NCBI GenBank assembly: GCA_964387365.1
Contig: CAYLWP010000001.1
Span: 11,595 to 75,594, forward strand
DNA: 64,000 bases
Direction: 5' to 3'
From: an uncultured Roseburia sp.
GTDB lineage: Bacteria; Bacillota; Clostridia; Lachnospirales; Lachnospiraceae
Below the pieces are notes generated by a model. The model was not told the DNA's origin, made no database searches, and worked only from the letters and a program-made list of their open reading frames with translations. The translations under genes were made by a program, and so were the position numbers. This document shows positions 19,650 to 27,453 of the stretch, piece by piece (positions within the stretch are counted from its first letter, which is position 1; each line of letters opens with the position of its first letter).

Positions 19650-20719
19650 AAAAGGAAAGAGAGAAAAACTACGAAATATTACGAATTGTAGCGATGTTGA
19701 TGATTGTCTGCCTGCATTATCTGAGTAAAGGCGGAGCGCTTGCAGACCCGTCAGGAAAGCTTGCGCCAACAGGATATACAGCATGGCTGATAGAAGCTTT
19801 CTGCCTTGTAGCTGTGAATGTATATGTCCTGATCAGTGGCTATTTTGGAATAGGCGATGAGTCAGCCACATCCATTGAACAGACTAAAATAACAGATGTT
19901 CTCAAACGTCCCCTGTGCATCTGGTTGCAGGTATTCTTTTATTCCGTAGTAATCGGAGTCCTGTTTCTGGTAACAGGAGTGCAGGAGTTTGATATCTATA
20001 CCGTATTTATGTACGTATTCCCTATATCAACCGAACACTATTGGTTTGCAACCTCCTATATCCTGTTAACCCTGCTGATGCCCTTTATAAACGCAGGCTT
20101 CGACAGACTCGAGAAGCGCTCCGTGCAGGGAGTACTCGCCTGTATGCTCGTACTGTTCTCCCTTGCCAAAACCATTATACCCATGCAGCTGCCATGGGAT
20201 CACAAAGGCTATGATGCCTTCTGGTTTGTATTCCTTTATCTGACAGGAGCTTACCTTAGAAGATACGGAATTAACCGGATAAACAGCCGTGCCAAGTCCA
20301 TTGCCCTTTATGTAGTAAGCAGCTTACTCATCTTTGCAAGCATGCTGTGCATACGCACATTGTACTTGGAAACAGGAAGCCTCAAGGATTTTATCAGCTA
20401 CGGCTATTCCTATAACTTCCTATTTTGTTACACAGCAGCAATCGGACTGTTTCTCGTCTTTCAGAGAAATCCCAAGACAGAATCCGCAAACCCCTGCGGA
20501 TCAACCCTGCAACTCATATCAGGTGCAACCTTCGGCGTATACCTCATACACGAACACGTAAACCTCCGCTACCTCTGGCCAACCCTGTTCAATACCGCAG
20601 AGTATGCCACCGCCCCTGTACCAACCTTCATACTCCATATGATAGGAACAGTAGCAGTAGTATACGTAGTGTGCACATTGATAGAAATACTTAGGAAAAA
20701 ACTAATCAAATTTTTCTAG
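19646..20719 (+). CDS. Acyltransferase_3 (OafA-like) membrane O-acyltransferase
   Basis: EILRIVAMLMIVCLH, AVNVYVLISGYF, YWF, TFGVYLIHEH; about 10 TM segments. Confidence 0.88.
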   Translation: MKKEREKNYEILRIVAMLMIVCLHYLSKGGALADPSGKLAPTGYTAWLIEAFCLVAVNVYVLISGYFGIGDESATSIEQTKITDVLKRPLCIWLQVFFYSVVIGVLFLVTGVQEFDIYTVFMYVFPISTEHYWFATSYILLTLLMPFINAGFDRLEKRSVQGVLACMLVLFSLAKTIIPMQLPWDHKGYDAFWFVFLYLTGAYLRRYGINRINSRAKSIALYVVSSLLIFASMLCIRTLYLETGSLKDFISYGYSYNFLFCYTAAIGLFLVFQRNPKTESANPCGSTLQLISGATFGVYLIHEHVNLRYLWPTLFNTAEYATAPVPTFILHMIGTVAVVYVVCTLIEILRKKLIKFF

Positions 20720-20741
20720 CATAGCCAGCGAGCTGCTATGC
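20719..20741. other. Small hairpin immediately after the acyltransferase stop
   Basis: GCATAG(c)CAGC-ga-GCTGCTATGC. No strong U tract, so not a clear terminator. Confidence 0.4.
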
Positions 20742-20764
20742 GTTCCTTAATTCAAAACTGTACT

Positions 20765-21036
20765 GTTCCGGGGGGTATAAAGTTTCGTAGAGGCATGATT
20801 ATTTGGAGGCGAAAGCTTTACGTAGAGCATTAGCTTTTCTTAGCACTTTTTTCGCAAATAGTAATTTGGCAACACGACGTTGCCAAAAGGCGTAATACGA
20901 GCCATGGACGGCGAGCTTACGCCGGTTACGACCGTGACCAATACCTTCATAAAAGTGCTTAGAAAATCTTATGCTCGAAGTCCTTGCTTTCGAAAACAAA
21001 TAATCATGTCACTACAATCCTAAAGTCCCCCGGAAC
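20765..21036 (+). repeat. 272-bp nested imperfect inverted-repeat element with a three-hairpin apex (structured ncRNA, ssDNA element or MITE-like unit)
   Basis: Arms pair as GTTCCGGGGG(20765)/CCCCCGGAAC(21036); GTAGAGGCATGATTATTTG/CAAATAATCATGTCACTAC; CGAAAGC/GCTTTCG; GAGCATTAGCTTTTCTTAGCACTTTT/AAAAGTGCTTAGAAAATCTTATGCTC. Apex hairpins at 20865-20887, 20889-20923 and 20924-20939. Confidence 0.85.
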
Positions 21037-21062
21037 TAAAAACTCCGAAAAGAGGGTGTAAA

Positions 21063-22784
21063 ATGACACAGAAAAGAGAAAAAATAACAAACGCTATTTT
21101 GATATTCATGCTGCTCGTGTACCCGCTGCGTAAAGCCGCCGTAGGACTAGACCTCATGGACGCCGGCTACGCACTTGCAAATTACCGCTTTTTTGAAACC
21201 ATGCACGACGATTGGCGCATTGCAACCTTTCTTGCAAATGTAACAGGCGTAATTTTATCAAAGCTCCCATACGGAAATACCTGGGTAGGCATGAATGTCT
21301 ACACAGGCCTGTTAATCGGTATCACAGCAGCCGCAGCTTATTGTTTTTTAAACACACAGAAGATAGGTAACAAATACCTCCTCTTTCTCGGAGAACTCAT
21401 AGCACTGTCCCTATGCTGGTCACCAAATGTAATCCTGTATCATTACCTCGGATATATACTGATGACAGCAGCAACAATCCTGCTCTACTCGGCACTGACC
21501 AAAGAAAGAAATGCATACTTTATAATAGCAGGTGTTATTCTTGGCTGCGCCGTGGCAGTCAGAATGCCCAATATTACCTATATGGCACTTATAGTTCCGG
21601 TATGGTTTTACACCTGGCTTAATAGAAAAGAACACCCTGAGCAAAATTGGTTTTCCAAGCTGTTAGGACAGACCGGTTATTGCGTGGGTGGATACGCAAT
21701 CGGACTCGGTGTACCGTTAGCTTACATCTGTGTCCGTTATGGAGTAGAAGCATATCCCAAGATGATAACCTGGCTCTTTGGTATGACCGAGACTGCAACG
21801 GATTATAAGCCAACCTCCATGGTGAGCGCCATGTTTGAGGACTATATACGATATAGCCTGTGGCTCCTGCTCTTTGTGGCGTACCTCGTAGCAGGACTCG
21901 TATTCGTACGCATTGCCAAGGGACGCTTTGAAAAGACGAAAAAGATTATTTATGTACTCGGCATGTTCGTACTGCTAAGATTATGCTACGGAAGAGGCAT
22001 GTTTAACTTTGACTATTCGGCGTATTTTTCGTTTTATAAGTGGATTACCGTGTTTTTACTGATATCCATACTGCTATGTGTGTGGTTATTACTTTGCAAG
22101 AAGGCGGAGAAGGAACACAAGCTTTGGGCTGTATTCCTGCTTGTGATTATCTTTGTCACCCCGCTCGGCAGCAATAACGGATTGTATCCGATTATCAATA
22201 ACCTGTTTCTTGTGTGCCCATTAACACTTGCTTTCCTTTGGAGTACAGTGAAGGGCACCACTATGAACGCATTTGTCTGCAAGAGCATGACCATATTCTT
22301 CTGTGCCTGTGTAGCTGTTCAGAGCATCCTGTTTGGCCTCCTGTTTATATTCCATGATGCGGCAAAGGAGTATACCTGTGCGCCCATAAGAGGCTCAGCT
22401 TCCACAGCAGGACTTATTGCATCCGTGGATAAATCCAAAGATTTAGACCTCCTTGGTGGATATCTCACAGAGAACGATTTACTGGAAAAGGAAGTCATAC
22501 TTTATGGAAATATACCTGCGCTTGCGTATATCTTTGATTTGCAGCCGGCAATTTTCTCCACCTGGGCGGACCTGGATTCCAATCCGGTGGCAAGACTGGA
22601 GGAAGAGCTTACTGATGAAGTGCTCCGTGCGAAGGAACCGTTAGTCATCCTGCATACCAAGGAAGTGCAGGTGTTGCAAAGTGGACAGGAAGACAGAAAG
22701 CTTGCTGCTATTATGGATTTTGTAGAGCAGAATGGGTATATTTGTGCTTACACAAGCGATTCTTATCAGGTTTATTGTAAATAA
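21063..22784 (+). CDS. Multi-TM membrane protein, probable GT-C-fold (lipid-linked donor) glycosyltransferase
   Basis: First TM followed by an acidic loop motif (GLDLMDAGY), about 12 TMs and a soluble C-terminal domain, as in ArnT/PMT-like proteins. Confidence 0.55.
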   Translation: MTQKREKITNAILIFMLLVYPLRKAAVGLDLMDAGYALANYRFFETMHDDWRIATFLANVTGVILSKLPYGNTWVGMNVYTGLLIGITAAAAYCFLNTQKIGNKYLLFLGELIALSLCWSPNVILYHYLGYILMTAATILLYSALTKERNAYFIIAGVILGCAVAVRMPNITYMALIVPVWFYTWLNRKEHPEQNWFSKLLGQTGYCVGGYAIGLGVPLAYICVRYGVEAYPKMITWLFGMTETATDYKPTSMVSAMFEDYIRYSLWLLLFVAYLVAGLVFVRIAKGRFEKTKKIIYVLGMFVLLRLCYGRGMFNFDYSAYFSFYKWITVFLLISILLCVWLLLCKKAEKEHKLWAVFLLVIIFVTPLGSNNGLYPIINNLFLVCPLTLAFLWSTVKGTTMNAFVCKSMTIFFCACVAVQSILFGLLFIFHDAAKEYTCAPIRGSASTAGLIASVDKSKDLDLLGGYLTENDLLEKEVILYGNIPALAYIFDLQPAIFSTWADLDSNPVARLEEELTDEVLRAKEPLVILHTKEVQVLQSGQEDRKLAAIMDFVEQNGYICAYTSDSYQVYCK

Positions 22785-22823
22785 TAAAGGATTATAGTAA
22801 GATAAAGCCAAGGATAACATAAC

Positions 22824-22852
22824 TTGCAAATGCGCTGAAAAATGTGTACTAT
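22824..22852 (+). promoter_or_regulatory. Sigma-A promoter upstream of wecE
   Basis: TTGCAA, 17 bp, TACTAT; AGGAGG RBS downstream. Confidence 0.6.
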
Positions 22853-22885
22853 AAAGAAAAATGGGACGATAGGAGGGGCCTAACT

Positions 22886-24016
22886 ATGATCAATTTTAAT
22901 GTTCCCCCCTTTACAGGGAGAGAAATGGACTATATACGACAAGCCGTAGAGAATCAGAAAATCTGCGGTGACGGTGAATTTACGAAAAAGTGCAGTGAAT
23001 GGATTGAGCAGAAGACCGGAACGGCAAAGTGCCTTCTGACAACCTCCTGTACACATGCAACCGAGCTGACAGCATTGCTTGCAGACATTAAGGAGGGCGA
23101 CGAGGTCATCATGCCGTCATACACCTTTGTATCCACAGCGGATGCCTTCGTGCTGCGCGGAGCAAAGGTGGTATTTGTCGATATCAGACCGGATACCATG
23201 AATATTGATGAGACACTCATTGAGGATGCCATTACAGAACGTACCAAGGCAATTGTGCCGGTACACTATGCAGGTGTGGCATGCGAAATGGATACGATTA
23301 TGGATATTGCAAAGCGTCATAACCTGCTCGTTATCGAGGATGCGGCGCAGGGCATTATGGCAAGCTATAAGGGCAAGGCTCTTGGAGCAATCGGTGATAT
23401 GGGCTGCTTCTCCTTCCATGAGACGAAGAATTTCAGCATGGGCGAGGGCGGAGCGCTTCTGATACAGGATGAAGCCTATATCGAGGATGCGGAAATTTTC
23501 CGTGAAAAGGGAACGGACCGTTCCAAGTTTTTCCGCGGTCAGGTAGATAAATACAGATGGATGAACTACGGTTCCTCCTATCTTCCAAGTGATATGAATG
23601 CAGCTTATCTGTGGGCACAGCTTGAGCTTGCAGACGAGATAACCAATGCAAGACTTGCCAGATGGCATCAGTATGACGAGCTGCTACAGCCGTTAAAGGA
23701 AAGAGGACTCTTAGAGCTCCCGACCATTCCTGAGGGCTGTGTACACAATGCACATATGTACTATGCCAAGGCAAAGGACCTGCAGGAAAGAACAGTACTG
23801 TTGGACTTCTTAAAGAAGAATGGAGTATATTCCGTGTTCCATTATGTACCGCTTCATTCAGCACCCGCAGGAATGAAGTTCGGCAGATTTCATGGAGAAG
23901 ATAAGTATACAACCGGGGAGAGTGAACGATTATTCAGACTTCCTATGTATTATACATTAACAGAAGAACAGGTAAATTATATTGTAAGTAAGGTGAAGGA
24001 GTTCTACCACGTATGA
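22886..24016 (+). CDS. wecE: dTDP-4-amino-4,6-dideoxygalactose transaminase
   Basis: INFNVPP, KICGDGEFTKKC, LLTTSCTHA, FSFHETKN..GEGGAL, REKGTDRSKFFRGQVDKYRW..GSSYL, VFHYVPLHS: the RffA/WecE signature. Confidence 0.92.
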   Translation: MINFNVPPFTGREMDYIRQAVENQKICGDGEFTKKCSEWIEQKTGTAKCLLTTSCTHATELTALLADIKEGDEVIMPSYTFVSTADAFVLRGAKVVFVDIRPDTMNIDETLIEDAITERTKAIVPVHYAGVACEMDTIMDIAKRHNLLVIEDAAQGIMASYKGKALGAIGDMGCFSFHETKNFSMGEGGALLIQDEAYIEDAEIFREKGTDRSKFFRGQVDKYRWMNYGSSYLPSDMNAAYLWAQLELADEITNARLARWHQYDELLQPLKERGLLELPTIPEGCVHNAHMYYAKAKDLQERTVLLDFLKKNGVYSVFHYVPLHSAPAGMKFGRFHGEDKYTTGESERLFRLPMYYTLTEEQVNYIVSKVKEFYHV

Positions 24017-25797
24017 TGGAGAGCCTGAAAAAGCCGGCTTTTGGCAGACTGCTTAAGGTAATTCTGTTCATGGTAATCATGATAGCCGGTCTCGCAACAG
24101 CATTTGATTTTTACTATGATTTAAACGATGATACTGTGATAAAGGACATCCTGTCGGGAGCCTATACAGGAACCCCGAGCGGTTATAGCATCCAGATGCT
24201 GTATCCGCTGAGCTTTTGTGTGTCATTGCTTTACCGAGCCATTCCCGGAGTACCCTGGTATGGCTTGTTTTTGTGCGTATGCCAGTTTGGTGTGGCAGCG
24301 TTACTTGCATGGCGTGTCACCGGCATACTTGAAAAGCATTGGATGCAGACAGCTGCACTCATTTTTGAAGGAATTGTGTTTTTAGGTCTGCTCATCAGAC
24401 AGCTTGTGATCGTGCAATACAGCGTAACCGGCGGAATCTGTATGGCAGGAGCCATATTTTTGTTCACCACAGGAAAAGAGATGGAGTCACCAAAACAGTA
24501 TCTGAAACAGAATCTGGTGCCGATATTTTTGGTTGTCCTGTCCTTTATGATCAGAACAGAGATGTGCCTTATGCTGTTTCCGTTTTTGCTGCTTGCAGGC
24601 CTTGGCAAGTGGATGACGCAGGAAAAAATATTTACCATGACAAATGCCGGGCGTTATCTGTATGTAATCGGAACTGCTCTGGCAGGAATGATACTTGTGC
24701 TGTGTCTGGACAAGCTTGCCTATGCAGCATCAGCAGACAGTGATGCCTGGAAGACTTATCAAAGCTTTTTTGATGCAAGAACAGACATCTATGATTTCTA
24801 CGGATTGCCGGAATATGAGAAAAATCAGGAATTTTATCAGGAAATCGGACTCTCCAAAGAATCCTATACTCTATTGGAAAATTATAATTTTTCCCTTGAT
24901 GAGACAATTGACGCAGAGATGCTGGAGCGGCTTGCAGAGCTCCAAGAGTCGAAGGCAGGAAAAGAGGAGGGCTTGGAAAGTACAGCGGGCATTTTTAGCA
25001 AAAACAGTTTGAAGGAAGCACTATGGATGTATAAAAACAGACTGTTAAATATGGAAAGCGGCGTGTATGCCTATGTACTGCTGGCAGCCTATGTTTCTTA
25101 TATCATTCTTGCCGGAGGCAATAAAAAAAGCGGATGCTATTGGAAAGTTGCCCTGCTTCTGGTTATTCGAAGCATATTATGGATATATTTATTTATGGTG
25201 GACAGATACCCGGACAGAATCACATGTCCGCTTCTGGTAACAGAGATTACGATGCTGTTAGCGTGGATTGTAGAGGAAAGCACAAGTGCAAAGCGCGGCA
25301 TTCAGACATTTGGAATCTATGTTTTACTTGGCGTATGCTCTGTTATGGCATTTGCTTCCAATGCAGAGAGTGCTAAGGCGGAGTATGAGAACAGGGAGCG
25401 TGTGAACTCACGTTGGGAATCGTTAATTTCCTATTGTAAGGAACGGGAAGATATCTACTATGTCGTAGACGTGTACTCTTCGACTTCGTATGAAGGAATC
25501 GCATATTCGGAAAAAATATTTAAACATGTGGATAACAGCTACCGAAACTTTGACATCTGTGGAGGCTGGCTGGCAAAAAGTCCTCTGATGTATGAGAAGC
25601 TCGGAAGGCTGCAGATAAGCGATATAGAAAGCGCGCTTTTGTCCGGGGAACAGGCGTATTTTATTGCAACGCCGGATAAGGATCTGGCATGGCTTATAAA
25701 TTATTATGCCTCAAAGGGCAGAGAAGTACAGCCGGAAAGAATGGACACGATATATGATGGCGTGGCAGAGTGCTTTGCCGTATACCGGTTACGATAA
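24013..25797 (+). CDS. Multi-TM membrane protein, probable GT-C-fold glycosyltransferase
   Basis: N-terminal TM then YYDLNDD acidic motif, many TMs, a large extracytoplasmic loop; translationally coupled to wecE. Confidence 0.5.
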   Translation: MMESLKKPAFGRLLKVILFMVIMIAGLATAFDFYYDLNDDTVIKDILSGAYTGTPSGYSIQMLYPLSFCVSLLYRAIPGVPWYGLFLCVCQFGVAALLAWRVTGILEKHWMQTAALIFEGIVFLGLLIRQLVIVQYSVTGGICMAGAIFLFTTGKEMESPKQYLKQNLVPIFLVVLSFMIRTEMCLMLFPFLLLAGLGKWMTQEKIFTMTNAGRYLYVIGTALAGMILVLCLDKLAYAASADSDAWKTYQSFFDARTDIYDFYGLPEYEKNQEFYQEIGLSKESYTLLENYNFSLDETIDAEMLERLAELQESKAGKEEGLESTAGIFSKNSLKEALWMYKNRLLNMESGVYAYVLLAAYVSYIILAGGNKKSGCYWKVALLLVIRSILWIYLFMVDRYPDRITCPLLVTEITMLLAWIVEESTSAKRGIQTFGIYVLLGVCSVMAFASNAESAKAEYENRERVNSRWESLISYCKEREDIYYVVDVYSSTSYEGIAYSEKIFKHVDNSYRNFDICGGWLAKSPLMYEKLGRLQISDIESALLSGEQAYFIATPDKDLAWLINYYASKGREVQPERMDTIYDGVAECFAVYRLR

Positions 25798-25834
25798 ATC
25801 TACATAAGGATGAGATGCAGAAAGGTGTAAAGGA

Positions 25835-27379
25835 ATGGAACAGGTAAGAAAGGATTTAAGAATTGAGGGCAGTCAGATTTATCTGCGCCCGATTACCGTA
25901 GAAGACACAGACCTGGTACTTAGTTGGAGAAATGACAAAAAGGTTGTGGAAAACTTCATATACCGTAAAGAAATAACCAGAGAGGAGCATCTAAGCTGGC
26001 TGGAGAATAAGGTGAATAAGGGCCTCGTCATTCAGTTTATCATCTGTGATAAGCAGACAGACAAGCCGCTTGGCTCCATTTACCTACAGAACTTCAATGA
26101 GAGCAGCCGTCAGGCGGAGGAAGGCATCTTTTTAGGAGAAGAGGAAGCCTATGGCAGAGGAATCGGCACGGAAGTTGCAAAGCTCGTGCTTGACTATGCC
26201 TTTAAGAACCTGAAGCTTCATAAGCTTACCGCAAGGGTACTAAGCTTCAATCAGGGAAGCCGCAAAATGCATGAAAAGGCAGGCTATAAACAGGAATCCT
26301 ACCTGAAGGACGAGCTCTTTCTGGATGGAAAATACGAGGATATTATTTTCTATGGAGCAATCAATCCGGCTGAGACAAATCATGAGAGGAGTACCTCCGC
26401 AGAGAAAAAGGCTACCGGCGTAAAGCAGGATGATACGAAAAAGGTCAGCTTTATCATCCCCTGCTACCGTAGTGAGGAGACGATAGAAGGAGTGGTTTGC
26501 GAGATTCGTGACACCATGCTGACTCTGCCACAGTACACGTATGATATTTTTCTTGTCAATGACTGCTCACCGGACAATACCTTTTCGGTGATTCAGAAGC
26601 TTTGTCATCAGTATGATAATATTACAGGCATCAGCCTTGCCAAGAATTTCGGACAGCACTCTGCCCTTATGGCAGGACTTCGCAAGTCGGACGGAGATAT
26701 TGTTGTCTGCCTCGATGATGACGGTCAGACACCTGCGGATGAGGTGGGTAAGCTCCTTGTCGGTATTGAAGAGGGCAGCGATGTGGTCTATGCCCAATAT
26801 GAAACGAAAAAGCACAGTGCCTTCCGTAACTTCGGAACCTGGATGAATGACGTTATGACAAGAGTGATGCTTGGAAAGCCGAAGGACTTACATCTGACAA
26901 GCTACTTTGCCGCAAAGCGCTTTGTGGTGGAGAGCATGCTGGCGTATGAGAAGAGCTATCCGTATATTATCGGTCTGGTGCTTCGTGCTACCAAGAATAT
27001 CTCCAATGTACCGGTCAATCACAGAAGCCGTGAGGTCGGAGCCTCCGGCTATACGATGAAAAAGCTTTTAAGTCTGTGGTTTAATGGATTTACCGCCTTT
27101 TCCATTCTGCCGCTTCGCATGGCAACCGTAGCAGGGAGTGTTTGTGCAGGTCTGGGATTTTTATATGGACTATATACGATTATTAAGAAACTGGTGAACC
27201 CCGAAGTACCCATGGGCTTTAGTGCCCTGATGACAGTGGTTGTTTTCATCGGCGGAATGCTGATGCTCATGCTTGGGCTTGTCGGTGAATATATCGGAAG
27301 AATTTATATCAGCATCAATAACTCGCCGCAGTACGTTATCCGCGAGGAGATAGGGCATACCGTGGAGGATGAGAAATAG
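25835..27379 (+). CDS. Fusion: RimJ/PseH-like GNAT N-acetyltransferase + ArnC/GtrB-like GT2 undecaprenyl-phosphate glycosyltransferase
   Basis: N-half: YLRPIT..DTDLVLSWRN, GRGIGTE, HEKAGY. A polar linker follows. C-half: VSFIIPCY, VNDCSPD, AKNFGQHSALMAG, LDDDGQTP and two C-terminal TMs. Confidence 0.88.
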   Translation: MEQVRKDLRIEGSQIYLRPITVEDTDLVLSWRNDKKVVENFIYRKEITREEHLSWLENKVNKGLVIQFIICDKQTDKPLGSIYLQNFNESSRQAEEGIFLGEEEAYGRGIGTEVAKLVLDYAFKNLKLHKLTARVLSFNQGSRKMHEKAGYKQESYLKDELFLDGKYEDIIFYGAINPAETNHERSTSAEKKATGVKQDDTKKVSFIIPCYRSEETIEGVVCEIRDTMLTLPQYTYDIFLVNDCSPDNTFSVIQKLCHQYDNITGISLAKNFGQHSALMAGLRKSDGDIVVCLDDDGQTPADEVGKLLVGIEEGSDVVYAQYETKKHSAFRNFGTWMNDVMTRVMLGKPKDLHLTSYFAAKRFVVESMLAYEKSYPYIIGLVLRATKNISNVPVNHRSREVGASGYTMKKLLSLWFNGFTAFSILPLRMATVAGSVCAGLGFLYGLYTIIKKLVNPEVPMGFSALMTVVVFIGGMLMLMLGLVGEYIGRIYISINNSPQYVIREEIGHTVEDEK

Positions 27380-27386
27380 ACTTTAG

Positions 27387-27415
27387 TTGTATTCACAAAA
27401 CGATTGTGCTATACT
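27387..27415 (+). promoter_or_regulatory. Sigma-A promoter with extended -10 heading the ligase/pgl-like module
   Basis: TTGTAT, 17 bp, TGc-TATACT. Implies the real start codon of the next gene lies downstream (TTG 27454 or GTG 27502). Confidence 0.7.
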
Positions 27416-27453
27416 ACGATAGGCAAAAGGAGCGAAAGGAGACGGGTATCGCA

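Noticed and set aside
20860-20945. Cloverleaf apex as a tRNA gene
   Set aside because: No TTCRA T-loop, D-loop GG, 7-nt anticodon loop or CCA end; arm sizes do not fit a tRNA.
20799-20999. 66-aa minus-strand ORF inside the palindromic element
   Set aside because: No RBS or recognisable motif; it lies entirely within the inverted-repeat arms and is best explained as a chance ORF.
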